From NCBI GenBank assembly GCA_963766075.1, contig CAVYAN010000051.1:25859-89858 (forward strand): a DNA stretch of 64,000 nucleotides. Direction: 5' to 3'. Position 1 is the first letter of the stretch. The number at the start of each line of letters is the position of its first letter. A program made the translations under genes and the position numbers. Positions 20,201 through 28,464 of this stretch are shown piece after piece. Source of the DNA: an uncultured cyanobacterium (GTDB lineage: Bacteria; Cyanobacteriota; Cyanobacteriia; Leptolyngbyales; Leptolyngbyaceae). The notes below the pieces were generated by a model. The model did no database searches, was not told where the DNA came from, and saw only the letters and a list, made by a program, of their open reading frames with translations.

Positions 20201-23012
20201 CGACAAAGCCGACAAAGGGGATATCCACGCCGACTCGGGCATAGGCATTAAGCCCCGCCGTGAATTTGCCCGAGGCATCGAAAATCCCCAGGGGACCGTT
20301 AGCGGTAAAGTTGTCCGCCAGTTCGTCCAGTCGGATTTTGCCGTCGGCCACGGGGCGATCGCGCAAATCCAGATTCACATTGGCAAACAATCCTCCACCC
20401 ACACCCGCCGCCGCGATGATCACGTTCAATTCCCCTGCGGCCTGGACACTGGCATTCAGCCGCACTTCCGGCACATCCGGTCCCGTCCCATCGGGATTGG
20501 CCGTATCGCTAATGTAAAAGCCATTAAAAACTAACCCGGGTGTGGTGAATCCCCCGGTGGCAAACTGTCGAAACCCTGCCGTGTCATAGCCAAAGTTAAA
20601 GTCGGCCTGAATATCAAACGCACCGCTGAGCCGCACTCCCAGCGGTCCCAGAATCGGGAAAAACTGACTGACGTTAAATGACGCTCCCAGGGAAGGCAAA
20701 TCGAGGGTAAACACAGACACATCGCGACCTAACAGCAGCCCAAAGGCCGTGGTGGGATCTTGCAAGAGGGGGAAGGCCAACCCACCCGCAAAGTTGGCAT
20801 TACTGGCATTGCTGCGGAAGCCGTTCACCAGATTGCGCGTGGCCGTATCCACTCCCGGTAGCAGTGCCGTCAGATCATCAAACAGGCTAGTGTTGGCTAA
20901 ATTCAGCCCACTCAAATTAGCGAGGCTGCGTAAATCCGTAGTGGGGGAATTATTCAGGCGCAGATTGCCCAAGGGAATATAGACATCGCCAACGCCCGTG
21001 GGAATTGAGTTGGCAAAGGTAGCCACTTGGTCGATCGCTTGAATAAACTGAACCGCCTGGGTATTGCCCGATCCCACGCCGATGAATTCCAGCAGCGTGA
21101 CGGTGCCATTGCCATCAACATCATAAACATTGCGCAGGAGGCCAATATCCGACAGCACCGGCATCCGCGTCCGCAGCACGTCAAACACTGGCTGCACCGG
21201 ACCTAAGACCTTCTGCACCTCGGCAAAAATCGGGCTGACGAATTCATTAAAGAATCCACCCAAATTCATCCGCACATTATTAAACGCCGCCGTGGGCAAC
21301 AGGCTGAGATTAGTTGGATCGAAGGTCCAATCCAGATTCAAATCCGTCTTGAGAGAGGGGAAGTTGGCATTGCCGCCAAAGCTGGTGGTGATGCCGAGAT
21401 TGACATCGGCAATCGCCTGCAACTTCGGGGTCACCAGTTGAGTCGCCGTCAGCCCTGTTAATTCTGCTGCGGTCAAGCGCCCATCACTGCCCGGATCGCC
21501 CAAATCCACACGAAACTGGCCCGTAAAGCTGGTGGCTTGACTTTGGCTATCCTGGCCCGTCACCGCCACCTGCAAAAATCCCAGTTTGCCAGTGGCATTC
21601 AGTCCCGGCGTGGTCACCGCCAAGTCAATTTTTAATTCATCCAATGCGCTGGTATCGACGTAGAACTGGTTGCTGGTCAGATCAACGCCAAATTTCCAGG
21701 GCAAGCTGTAGCCCAGTTGCGTCGTCACTGCCCCTCCACTGGTGAGCGACAGCCCAATCGCATCCAAACCCAAATCAAAGCCTAGGCTGGAGGAAACAGC
21801 TTGACTTAAATTGAGGTTGAATTGCAGTTGCGTGGCACTTTCATCCACGGTGACCCCACTGGGCAAAACCGGGGCGAGGGCGGTGGCGATCGCGGTCCGT
21901 ACATCCTCACTATCCAAATCAACCGCCGGGATAGCTTCTAGCGTGGTCCAAGCCGAAGCGAGGCTGGTTTGAATCCCTTGGAATACCTTCGTAGTACTGG
22001 CCAGTTGGGAGCCAACTAAAGGCAACCGCTGGGCAAATACCAGGGTATCGACCGCCGTCTGAGTTAGGGCCAGAAAGTCATTGACCCCCGTTTTCAGATT
22101 GGTGTATTGGGCAGCGGACAGGGGCGTTAAGAGAATGCCCTGATAGGCAGCCAAGGCCGTGGGTTGGCCGATTAGATCAGCGGCGATCGCCCCCGTATTC
22201 ACCTCCAGCGTCCAGTTACCGCCCAACGCCACATTGCCCGTTAAATCAGTAGACGCGGCAATATCGGCCCCAGTCAAATTGCCAAACTGGTGCACAAACC
22301 AGTCCCCTTCCATCCCCAAGGCCACATCACAGCCATAGAGCAAAATATCCGCCGTGTCTGTCAGATGATCAGCCCAACCGGTGAGCTGACTGGTGTAGTT
22401 TTGCAGGGTTTCCCCGTTCAGCCAGGTGGATCCCAGTTGCAGCGCGCCAACATTGCCATGGGATAGAATATGCAGCGCCGAAATATTTTGATAACCCGCT
22501 AAAATATCGCTGATTTGGCTGATTCCATCCTGCTGGGCATCCAGGCGAAACACAGCAACGTGGGGCCGAATGGCCGCTAGCAATGCATCGTAATCCGGCA
22601 AACTGGCATCAATGAAGACCAGTTCGGAGGGTCTGGCCAGCGGAGATGCGGCAATGGTGAAGCCCGCAACTGTTGAAGCAGCCGTGGTGGAGGCTACAAA
22701 GTTCGGTGCCGTCGGATCAGGAGTCAGGGTTGTGAGCGATCGCCCCAACAGCGTATCCCCTGTAACGCCACCGCCGTCAACACTAGCCAGCGCCTCCGCG
22801 ATCGCTCCAGAAAGCAAGGGTGCCCGTAGCTCTCCTACCGCAGACTGTCCATAGTCGGCACCGCCATGGGAACTGCCGGACAACGCCTGGGGAAATTTGA
22901 AGGGATCTCCCAGGGCAAAGCGCTGGCGGTTTGGACCGTAGGAGCTAACAGTTCCCAGATCAAGACCCTGGGAATTCTGTAGGGACAGCGTTGCATCTGT
23001 AAGTTCCATCAT
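11295..23012 (-). CDS. Giant (~3,900 aa) secreted/surface protein: DUF4347, RTX Ca-binding repeats, FG-GAP/VCBS-like repeats
   Basis: DUF4347 (LVFIDASL...LHILSHG..G.LQLG...ILLYGCDVA...GGNWTLE, ~22130-22626), many GGxGNDxL nonapeptides, about seven GDFNGDGKxDILWR repeats (~13990-15010), no signal peptide. Start 23012 or 23039. Confidence 0.92.
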   Translation of the reverse strand: MMELTDATLSLQNSQGLDLGTVSSYGPNRQRFALGDPFKFPQALSGSSHGGADYGQSAVGELRAPLLSGAIAEALASVDGGGVTGDTLLGRSLTTLTPDPTAPNFVASTTAASTVAGFTIAASPLARPSELVFIDASLPDYDALLAAIRPHVAVFRLDAQQDGISQISDILAGYQNISALHILSHGNVGALQLGSTWLNGETLQNYTSQLTGWADHLTDTADILLYGCDVALGMEGDWFVHQFGNLTGADIAASTDLTGNVALGGNWTLEVNTGAIAADLIGQPTALAAYQGILLTPLSAAQYTNLKTGVNDFLALTQTAVDTLVFAQRLPLVGSQLASTTKVFQGIQTSLASAWTTLEAIPAVDLDSEDVRTAIATALAPVLPSGVTVDESATQLQFNLNLSQAVSSSLGFDLGLDAIGLSLTSGGAVTTQLGYSLPWKFGVDLTSNQFYVDTSALDELKIDLAVTTPGLNATGKLGFLQVAVTGQDSQSQATSFTGQFRVDLGDPGSDGRLTAAELTGLTATQLVTPKLQAIADVNLGITTSFGGNANFPSLKTDLNLDWTFDPTNLSLLPTAAFNNVRMNLGGFFNEFVSPIFAEVQKVLGPVQPVFDVLRTRMPVLSDIGLLRNVYDVDGNGTVTLLEFIGVGSGNTQAVQFIQAIDQVATFANSIPTGVGDVYIPLGNLRLNNSPTTDLRSLANLSGLNLANTSLFDDLTALLPGVDTATRNLVNGFRSNASNANFAGGLAFPLLQDPTTAFGLLLGRDVSVFTLDLPSLGASFNVSQFFPILGPLGVRLSGAFDIQADFNFGYDTAGFRQFATGGFTTPGLVFNGFYISDTANPDGTGPDVPEVRLNASVQAAGELNVIIAAAGVGGGLFANVNLDLRDRPVADGKIRLDELADNFTANGPLGIFDASGKFTAGLNAYARVGVDIPFVGFVGWEDSFDIASVTLLDFDTSTGTLSPNPVLAQLDPSLGAGVLRLNMGTFAAQRVTGNLTDGDETFKVTRSTDGTQILVSAFGIVQAFAASTIQKIYAEGGNGNDVIDVAADVLLPVELWGDFKDPLQTGFGNDKLFAGGGVALLHGGAGNDELTVRAGNSQAFGEAGNDKLFGGTGNDTLDGGADNDTLYGNAGNDSLLGGTGSDYLEAGIGDDVVRGGDGSDRIKGGDGNDTLFGDADTDIIEAGLGNDFAYGGDGNDFILDEGTIFVGPGDSSAPLPPGGAVLQNVTVVANGVVVQVQLGAGGGNDVFEGGAGNDALFGQAGSDTLFGNEGNDYADGGSGNDILYGNEGDDQLNGGSDNDILLGDNGSVDGSGTVTLGTGNGNDIVFGGIGNDSLYGQAGNDLLAGDGGDDLLFGNAGNDVLFGDSGQQVNLPGGVVRYESTNPSALGNDTLDGGEDRDIEIGGAGNDLLLSTEGVDVAQIGDNGRVTLSSSGLLLRAETSDPSFGGNDTLVGGVNIGNILIGGSGNDSIQGGIGSDIILGDNGVVVGADGTSDANAIFSTDPVNGGNDTILGGAGNDSILGGTGNDTIQGSNGTDLIIGDSGRINRDAGGIMQSMLTLFPTQGGNDTIAGDADADTILGGSGNDSISGGSDNAVDVLLGDNGIVYGAGVGADANDVVSTDPTNGGQDTIVGGGGDDLIVGGSGGSDAAGVGGDRLFGEAGNDIILGDSGRITRNAAGIVERIATLFPANGGDDRIEDTQGILIALGGSGNDTITAGDGADILLGDNGVVVDSDGTAAANDIFSTDGAFGGTDSIVGGAGNDTILGGSGGTDQSGPGLNDGDTLLGGIGDDIILGDSGYITRNAANVVERIATLFPANGGDDLITDTEGTLIALGGSGNDTITAGDGADILLGDNGVIVGNDGTVAANDIFSTDGAFGGTDSIVGGAGNDTILGGSGGTDQSGPGLNDGDTLAGGAGDDIILGDSGYITRNAANVVERIATLFPANGGDDLITDTEGTLIALGGSGNDTITAGDGADILLGDNGVVVGADGTAAANDIFSTDGAFGGTDSIVGGAGNDTILGGSGGTDQSGPGLNDGDTLAGGTGDDVILGDSGYITRNATSVVERIATLFPANGGDDLITDTEGTLIALGGSGNDTITAGNGADILLGDNGVVVGADGTSQANDIFSTDPNFGGTDSIVGGAGNDTILGGSGGTDQSGPGLNDGDTLVGGAGDDIILGDSGYITRNAANVVERIATLFPANGGDDLITDTEGTLIALGGSGNDTITAGDGADILLGDNGVVVGNDGTAAANDIFSTDPSFGGTDSIVGGAGNDTILGGSGGTDQSGPGLNDGDTLLGGIGDDIILGDSGYITRNAANFVETIATSFPTLGGDDSLFGNEGRDTLLGGFGNDTIAGNIGDDIIMGDSGRLDYALDESLTTLDRIVTTDTGIGGNDSITGDDGNDIALGGAANDTLSGNAGDDILLGDNGQISFSGGIITRIETIAPADGGNDVIAGNEGRDRILGGTANDAITGDNGDDIILGDHGILDYGIDLDLTTLDAITSTDSALGGRDTIQGNDGNDIALGGADNDSITGGLGTDTLLGDNGQILYTIGNLRLIQTISPAIGGNDSIQGNQDNDLILGGFGDDSLEGNQGDDKILGDNGFMDYAYGGDATVAADSDFSTLDFITTTNPTDGGRDRILGGAGNDQILGGTGDDTIFGDDGVDGLGPDWQVISTGDFNGDGKSDIFWRNSADNRTLMWLMNGTSVLDGGYTYTLDPSWLLEGTIDFNGDGKDDFLWRNIVNGDVSIWLMNGKNYLATAYVGFRNVPLNWDIRGVGDFNGDGKGDILWRNNATGEIHTWLMNGISLIESGLVGPSAISADWNQIAMGDFNGDGKDDLLWRQSGDRVDIWLMNGHTMQSSTLMGGGIADWQVMGLTDLNGDLRQDLVWRQTGSGRVAVWLMNGPTPLATPLIGPAAIDNSWQIVELGDFNGDSKGDILWRQTGGGMTVWLMNGSTVIADQGIAPAILPASWQPIGFGDFDGDRRHDILWQNGNDLAMWLMNGTTKTADAVYGVVPDLVPGTGRFDDLILGDHGKVYEALPRDRNYLSIDTGAADGGGNDLIYGNQGDDFILGQQGGDLIFGGAGEDDIIGGHNVIGGSDGNDFIDGGANADVEIGDNGIITRRPLGNSDWQRYPAPFPDIIRDVVRFDDVDTIGGNDTVNGGTGDDILYGQRGNDVMDGGAGDDEIYGNLGNDLMEGGAGQDVLLGDVGAILRAYNPDGTPRINTNGSWHRDALLTDVATITDVWNSNAVPSSVYATADLLLLNSLYNPDGSPVQNNGQSQTQVQALTFIPDGNDTISGGSGDDTLFGQRGDDTISDTAGNNYIEGNEGNDTIAGGSGDDLIIGDNSENLAPFDQQIPTVTRGLHIIGQATGLNFALGQFGTIVIPTATLTPTMSPGLWAPLTLAPTPVQSPNTIPAIANLTRNGITYQSLAAIIPDISNHLDQLAGNDAISDSSGNNTLIGDNYRSFSPLRTNNPQTDQALSQLTTQIYHLLYDLHDLEIAQSVSKSAQTLAVGNDTISGGIGRDLVFADDETLYSAITAVQPNTLPRILQTVTDLRQGLSQFNGGITSQLDLYTGAIASPYTLSLKNDIVSGGNGNDQIMAGDTMVFSPVLDGFSYQPGSIANYAFDRTPKAVRSNFQDFTLILNNDIVFGDNTNGSGAGDDLIVGGYSTLIMPVLTQAATTATQAATLRQSLGGIVRDITSVVRDLHNEQYGIAYANRNQSNLLIAENDTLSGGAGNDVIFGDTATFTAPFLNGQTNLGLALPESSVDYTEEPYNFAQALPHLYDIIYRNLNSTLQTLGQDSIQGGAGNDILFGQRWSDILQGQEGNDYLFGGREAENTLDGGSGTNVIRATSPSPSDQQAIAPSINARLAELPSPALQRYLLEILANRNSLSPKGSLMVSFP
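16060..18040 (-). repeat. About five tandem 384-bp (128-aa) intragenic repeats
   Basis: GTCATTCAAGCCGGG recurs with period 384 (about 16143, 16527, 16911, 17295, 17679); unit ...GGTDQSGPGLNDGDTL...ERIATLFPANGGDD.... Confidence 0.95.
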
Positions 23013-23703
23013 GGCTACATCTCTAAAATTTAGTGGCACACAAATTCATGGGGCACCAGTCCCTGAAGCGACGCCCAGATTTCCATGGGCAGAATTGCGG
23101 CATCTATCCCTTGCCCTACGATGGGTCGGCAGAGGCCACACCATGGTCAAAAGCCATGGCAAACCGTGATGACCGAGCCAGTCGGCCTCTGGGAAACTAC
23201 CTGGAAGGCAAGCGGTTGGAGCGGAGCTACTGAATGTTGGGCGCGATCGCGATTCGGAGCAGTACCAACCGCATCATTAGCGTGAGCATGATGTAGGAAT
23301 GAAGAATGATGTAGGAATTGTTAAAATTATTACGTTGAACCTTCCAAGGAATCACCCGGCGAGACACACAGAAAATGCGCGATCGCCGGATATCCCTGGG
23401 TGACTCAAATAGCCTCAAATCCAAGCAGGAACACGTAACTGACTCACAGAGAGCGAGCAGTCATTCAGGAGATCTCCAGTAGATCTACTGAGGGACTATA
23501 TTCCTCTACGTAGCCTGTCCGTAATGATCCGGAAGGAATGCGGGGGAAGAAACAAATTCTCAAATCCACCGTCTGAAGTGTTTGGATTTTTGAGGAATTC
23601 TTAGATTCTGGCGATCGCCGATAAGCTAGCGCAGCACGGCTGAATTGAAAATGTTGCTGGCGATCGGGGGCAAGGGGGTAACGCTCAGGTCACCAAATCC
23701 CGA

Positions 23704-23736
23704 AGATCCCCGGGATTTCTAAAAATCCCGGAGATC
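23704..23736. repeat. REP-like hairpin related to 9530-9565
   Basis: GATCCCCGGGATTT-ctaa-AAATCCCGGAGATC. Confidence 0.65.
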
Positions 23737-23998
23737 AGTCTACACAGTTTAATGACGCCCACCTAACGGATCAGGAGAACGGAATGAAAAGAATCTAGTC
23801 CGCATATTCTTCAGGCTGACTGCAACGAATCAATAGGTCTAATTCATCGTAACTACTCAGGTTTAAGAAATGCAAAGGCATGTTCTGAAACTGGGTCAAA
23901 TCTAGTAAGTTCGAGGAAATCGTTGCCAATCGAGTTCTGTCGTGAGCCAAGCCAAGCGTCCTGCCCAGATCAGTCGAGAGGAGTTCCATGCACTGTAA

Positions 23999-24091
23999 CG
24001 GATTGCTGGATTGGGCCAAGTGCATTTAGTGATTAGCTTTGAAAATCCCCAACTCATCGGCACCTTCGCGGTGTTAATCAGCAATCGTACC
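23999..24091 (+). pseudogene. Possible transposase remnant (IS701-like)
   Basis: Reads RIAGLGQVHLVISFENPQLIGTFAVLISNRT, resembling the pre-catalytic segment of IS701-family DDE transposases; no start codon and preceded by a stop. Confidence 0.35.
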
Positions 24092-24187
24092 TCCTTCGGT
24101 ACTGGTCTAACGTGAGGTTCCCGATGCCGAATTTTCTCTCATGACATCACAACACTCAAGTTCTTAAATACCCGCTGGTTTCGATCT

Positions 24188-24305
24188 ACCCGCTGGCTAC
24201 CCTGCGGGAAGCGACCTACGACTCCGCTCAGCCAGTTAGAGATTGCTCCCTGAGCGAAGTCGAAGGAAACAATCTCGGTCGGTATAATTTTTCCTGAAAA
24301 CCGCC
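24188..24305 (+). mobile_element. MITE-like dispersed repeat, copy B (left end missing)
   Basis: GCTGGCTACCCTGCGGGAAG...CTCCGCTCAGCCAG...CTGAGCGAAGTCGAAG...TCTCGGTCGGTATAATTTTTCCTGAAAACCGCC then TTA. Confidence 0.8.
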
Positions 24306-24394
24306 TTAGATGATTTTCGACAAATATATAAATAATGAGTACTCAGTATTGTAATTGTATGAAAACTTGATTATGACAAGCATGTCTTCATGCC

Positions 24395-26119
24395 CTAGTT
24401 TTGATGTCCCGATTTAATCATTTGACTACTGAGGAAAATGACCGGTAATAAGCCCACGCCTACAATTGCTAGGGCGGGTCCAGCGGCTTCGGCTAAACGT
24501 TCGTCAGAAGCCAAGTTGTAAACCTGTACAGCCAAGGTATCGAAATTAAACGGACGGACAATTAGCGTTGCAGGCAGCTCTTTCATGACATCCACAAAGA
24601 CTAGAATCAGGCCGGTAATCAGTCCACTGCGCAATAGAGGAAGATGCACTCTGACCAAGGTGCTGAGGGGGCTATGTCCCAGGCTGCGGGCGGCCTCATC
24701 TAGGTTGGGTTTAATCTGATTTAAACTGGATTCCACCGTGCCTAGAGCCACGGCTAAGAAGCGGACTAAATAGGCAAATATCAAGGCGACCACCGTGCCA
24801 CTGAGTAAGAGGCCCGTGGCTAGGCCAAACTGCGATCGCATCCAACTATCCAAGCCATTATCGATTTGCCCCAAAGGTACAAGCGTACCCACGGCAATGA
24901 CGGAACCTGGAATCGCATAGCCCAGAGAGGCGAGGCTCACGGGAATCACCCGACTCCAATGGGCATGCAAGCGCACACTATAAGCCATCACAATAGCCAC
25001 CACCAAGGCAATTGCGGCGGTGGCGATCGCCAGCAGGAAGCTATGGCTGGCCAAGTCCCAAAAGCGCCCAACCGTGGGGGCTGCACTGCTGGGGAAATCG
25101 CTAGAATCATTGGCAGATGGGCGGCCTGGAGCGACCACCATTTGCAGCAGAACGCCTGCGGGCAGTAAAAACCCACAGATAATCGGCAGCGCGCAGGCCG
25201 TCGTTGCGAGGATAGCTCTCCCGCTCCCTAGGCTGTAGGGCGTGATTAATGCGCCTTGGCCACTTTGATAGTACTGTGCCTGTCCCCGAGAACGGCGCTC
25301 TAGCCAAATTAAGACAGCGACCGCTAGTAGAAGGCATCCCGCTAGTTGGGAGGCTGCCAACCGCTCACCCATCCCAAACCAGGTACGATAGATGCCGGTG
25401 GTGAAGGTGTCCACGGCAAAAAACTGCACCGTGCCATAGTCGTTCAAGGTTTCCATTAGGGCCAGGGAGAGTCCCGCTGTGATAGCCGGACGGGCGAGGG
25501 GGAAGCTCACCGTCACAAAGCTGCGCCAAGGACTACAGCCCAGAATGCGACTGGCTTCCAAGATGTGGGGCGATTGGTTCAGAAAGGCCGATCGCGCGGG
25601 TAAATAGACATAGGGGTAGAGCACGAGACTCAGCATGGCGATCGCGCCACCCAGCGATCGCACATTGGGAAACCAGTAATCCTGCACGCTCTCCCAGCCA
25701 AACCATCCCCGCAGCAGGGTTTGCAGGGGACCATAAAACTCCAGGACTTCAGTGTAGGTGTACGCCAAAATGTAGGCAGGGGCTGCCAATGGCAACAGCA
25801 GTGCCCACTGAAACCAGCGCTGGCCTGGGAATCGACACATTGTGACTAACCACGCAGTGCCCACCCCCAGTCCCAAGGTGCCCACCCCGACCCCCAGCAG
25901 GAGCCAGCAGGAGTTGATCACGTAGGTTGGCAGCACCGTGGATAAAAGGTGTGACCAAACATCGCCTGTGACAGCAAAACTGCTGCTCAATACCGCTAGC
26001 ACAGGACTGAAGATTGTCAGGGCGATCGCCCCCACCGTTGCCGTCCAAATGCTCCAACGGAATTGTTGGAGGCGGTTAATCCAGGCGTTACCCCCTGCAT
26101 TGTTGAACCTTGCCCGCAT
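24395..26119 (-). CDS. futB: Fe(III) ABC transporter permease
   Basis: LLLPLAAPAYILAYTY, LYPYVYL, two EAA loops, METLNDYG, DVMKELPATL..RPFNFDTLA. Confidence 0.92.
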   Translation of the reverse strand: MRARFNNAGGNAWINRLQQFRWSIWTATVGAIALTIFSPVLAVLSSSFAVTGDVWSHLLSTVLPTYVINSCWLLLGVGVGTLGLGVGTAWLVTMCRFPGQRWFQWALLLPLAAPAYILAYTYTEVLEFYGPLQTLLRGWFGWESVQDYWFPNVRSLGGAIAMLSLVLYPYVYLPARSAFLNQSPHILEASRILGCSPWRSFVTVSFPLARPAITAGLSLALMETLNDYGTVQFFAVDTFTTGIYRTWFGMGERLAASQLAGCLLLAVAVLIWLERRSRGQAQYYQSGQGALITPYSLGSGRAILATTACALPIICGFLLPAGVLLQMVVAPGRPSANDSSDFPSSAAPTVGRFWDLASHSFLLAIATAAIALVVAIVMAYSVRLHAHWSRVIPVSLASLGYAIPGSVIAVGTLVPLGQIDNGLDSWMRSQFGLATGLLLSGTVVALIFAYLVRFLAVALGTVESSLNQIKPNLDEAARSLGHSPLSTLVRVHLPLLRSGLITGLILVFVDVMKELPATLIVRPFNFDTLAVQVYNLASDERLAEAAGPALAIVGVGLLPVIFLSSQMIKSGHQN

Positions 26120-26515
26120 GCCTGACCTCGCCCAATGTGACCGCTTTCAAATATACTCTTTACTAGCCTCTACCCATTGCTAAATTCCATTGCTAAATTC
26201 GCAGAATGAATTCGTTGATTCATCAGTGTTTTTGAATTTTATGATATAGCCTCTAACCCAAGAGATGGAGTGGGTTAGGTTATCAGAAAAGTTGGATTAG
26301 AGGATGTTTCTAAGGAGATCGAAATAAGAGGGAGGATATTTCTAAACCATTAGAGAATATTTCCAAGAAAATTAGTTAAAACACCCGACATAATTTTAAT
26401 GGAATCATGAATCTTTGAATTGAATCCTTTTAACTGAATTGTTTGATTGTATGGATTGAGATTATGTTTGGATCAGTTGTTGTTTAGCGTTTTGCCCCTA
26501 GTCAGTCCTAATACC

Positions 26516-27598
26516 ATGCCCCAGTCGCCGATTCTTCGGATTGAGAATATCACCAAACAATTCGCTAATGCCCAGACTGCCGCTGTCCAGAATCTCAGTC
26601 TGACCCTTTATTCGGGTGAAATTCTGGCTCTGTTAGGGCCATCGGGCTGTGGCAAAACCACCTTGCTGCGTATGATTGCAGGCTTTGAATCGCCGCAGTC
26701 GGGTCAGATTTTTTTGGCGGGAAATCCAGTGGCGTCAGAGGGCTTTTGCCTGCCGCCGGAACGACGCGATGTCGGCATGGTGTTTCAGGACTATGCGCTG
26801 TTTCCGCATTTGACCGTGCGCCAAAATATCGCTTTTGGGCTCAAACATCGCCGACTAAACCCTGAATCCAAGACCCAGCAGGCCCGCATTGTCGGAGAAG
26901 CCATTGAGCGCGTCGGATTAGCCGGATTAGAAAACCGCTATCCCCACCAATTGTCTGGGGGGCAGCAACAGCGGGTAGCTTTGGCACGGGCCTTAGCTCC
27001 TTGTCCTGCCCTGATCCTATTGGATGAGCCGTTGAGCAATCTGGATGTCCAGGTGCGGCTGCGGTTGCGACAAGAAATTCGGGATATTTTGAAGCAAATG
27101 GGACTCTCGGCTATTTTTGTTACCCATGATCAAGAGGAAGCCCTAGGCATTGCCGACCAGGTTGCAGTGATGCAGCAGGGGAATATTGAACAGATCGGTC
27201 CTCCGGAAGATATCTATGCGGTCCCCAAGACTCGCTTCGTGGCGGAGTTTGTCACCCAGGCCAATTTTTTGCCTGCTTGTGCCCAGGAGGGAGAGTGGGC
27301 TACGGAAATTGGCACCTTCAAATTTCTCCTGGATCCCTATTCCGCCGATCTAGATTCCTGGGAAAACCCGCCCCAGTCGGCGGTGCTAATGATCCGTCGA
27401 GAAGAGATTCGATTGGTTCCGGAGCCTTATAGTGCCGTGGTTGTGTGCGATCGCCAATTCCTAGGGCGAGAGTATCGCTATAGCCTGCGTTTGCCATCGG
27501 GACAAATCCTGCAGGCTCTCACACCGACAGATACGGTCATCCCTGTGGGGGCTTTTGTTGCTGTTGATGTTTCTGACGCGCAGATGCAACTGTATTGA
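26516..27598 (+). CDS. futC: Fe(III) ABC transporter ATP-binding protein
   Basis: GPSGCGKTT, FQDYALFPHL, LSGGQQQ, LLDEPLSNLD and a TOBE-like tail; divergent from futB. Confidence 0.88.
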   Translation: MPQSPILRIENITKQFANAQTAAVQNLSLTLYSGEILALLGPSGCGKTTLLRMIAGFESPQSGQIFLAGNPVASEGFCLPPERRDVGMVFQDYALFPHLTVRQNIAFGLKHRRLNPESKTQQARIVGEAIERVGLAGLENRYPHQLSGGQQQRVALARALAPCPALILLDEPLSNLDVQVRLRLRQEIRDILKQMGLSAIFVTHDQEEALGIADQVAVMQQGNIEQIGPPEDIYAVPKTRFVAEFVTQANFLPACAQEGEWATEIGTFKFLLDPYSADLDSWENPPQSAVLMIRREEIRLVPEPYSAVVVCDRQFLGREYRYSLRLPSGQILQALTPTDTVIPVGAFVAVDVSDAQMQLY

Positions 27599-27662
27599 CC
27601 CAAATTGACCTAATTTCCCGGCTTGACAAGGGCTTTTGGAAACCACTTGAAGTGACTTTGCG

Positions 27663-28418
27663 TCATCCTTCAAAGGCAGCTTGCTCTAATTCTCGCCGGC
27701 CCAATAATTGGGGTTTTAATACGTAAACGGTTTTCTGCTCAATTTGGATAACATGCAGGTAGAACTCACGCTTGCCCTGCTTGAGTACTTCATAAACGCC
27801 AAGACCCGTTTCATCTTCTAACTCTAATTGAGTGAGACTATAGCCTTTATTGTGCAATTGCTGCTCGATGGTTTCGGCGACTTTGCGCCATTGGGTTTCA
27901 CCAACCTGCCAGCAGCCTGGATTGCCCTGGCAACTGGGTTCTGCGCCTAAGATTTGGGAAATATTGCCCAGGATAGGTTCTGGGCCGGAGGGCGGGGGCT
28001 GCGGGGCTATGGACTTAGGATTGGTGGGCTGAGGCTCAATGAGCTGAGGCTCAATGGGCTGAGGCTCAATGGGCTGAGGCTCAGTGGGCTGAGGCTCGGT
28101 GGGCTTAGGGGGGATAGGCTGAGGCTCAGAGGCTATTGGGCTGGGTGGTGGGGCTTGAGTCTGGACGCTGGAAGGGGCGACGAGCGGGGCGGCTGTTGCT
28201 GCAATCACTGCGGTGGATTTGATCCGGGCAACTGGCGGTTGGGTCGTGGCTGGGGCTGGGATAGTTCGGGCCAACGGTACCGTATTGATTGCCTTTTTCA
28301 CTACGGGTGGGGCCGCTTGGGGGACAGGTATTGCCAACAGCCCACCATGAAGCCCCAGGGCAACGAGCCAGGGAAAGACCAGAGGATGCAGGAGCGGCGA
28401 AGATTTGGAAACGGTCAT
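27663..28418 (-). CDS. TonB-like membrane-anchored Pro-rich protein with atypical C-terminal domain
   Basis: N-terminal TM with His (LVALGLHGGLLAIP), (E)PQP(T/I) 15-bp repeats and a ~90-aa globular tail with a Cys pair. Confidence 0.6.
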   Translation of the reverse strand: MTVSKSSPLLHPLVFPWLVALGLHGGLLAIPVPQAAPPVVKKAINTVPLARTIPAPATTQPPVARIKSTAVIAATAAPLVAPSSVQTQAPPPSPIASEPQPIPPKPTEPQPTEPQPIEPQPIEPQLIEPQPTNPKSIAPQPPPSGPEPILGNISQILGAEPSCQGNPGCWQVGETQWRKVAETIEQQLHNKGYSLTQLELEDETGLGVYEVLKQGKREFYLHVIQIEQKTVYVLKPQLLGRRELEQAAFEG

Positions 28419-28464
28419 GGAACGAAGAGACAATAATAAACCTGGCGTATTTCATCTTACAGAA

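Noticed and set aside
11453..22854. Many plus-strand and alternate-frame ORFs over the giant gene, and similar shadow ORFs elsewhere
   Set aside because: Antisense shadows of Gly/Asp/Asn-rich or Pro-rich coding sequence, with no independent motifs.
23156..23200. GGCAAACC motif as a c-di-GMP-I riboswitch upstream of the adhesin
   Set aside because: Wrong strand for the giant gene, and it lacks the GNRA loop and second stem.
26349..26368. Fur box between futB and futC (TTAGAGAATATTTCCAAG)
   Set aside because: Plausible by context but too degenerate in an AT-rich region to support.
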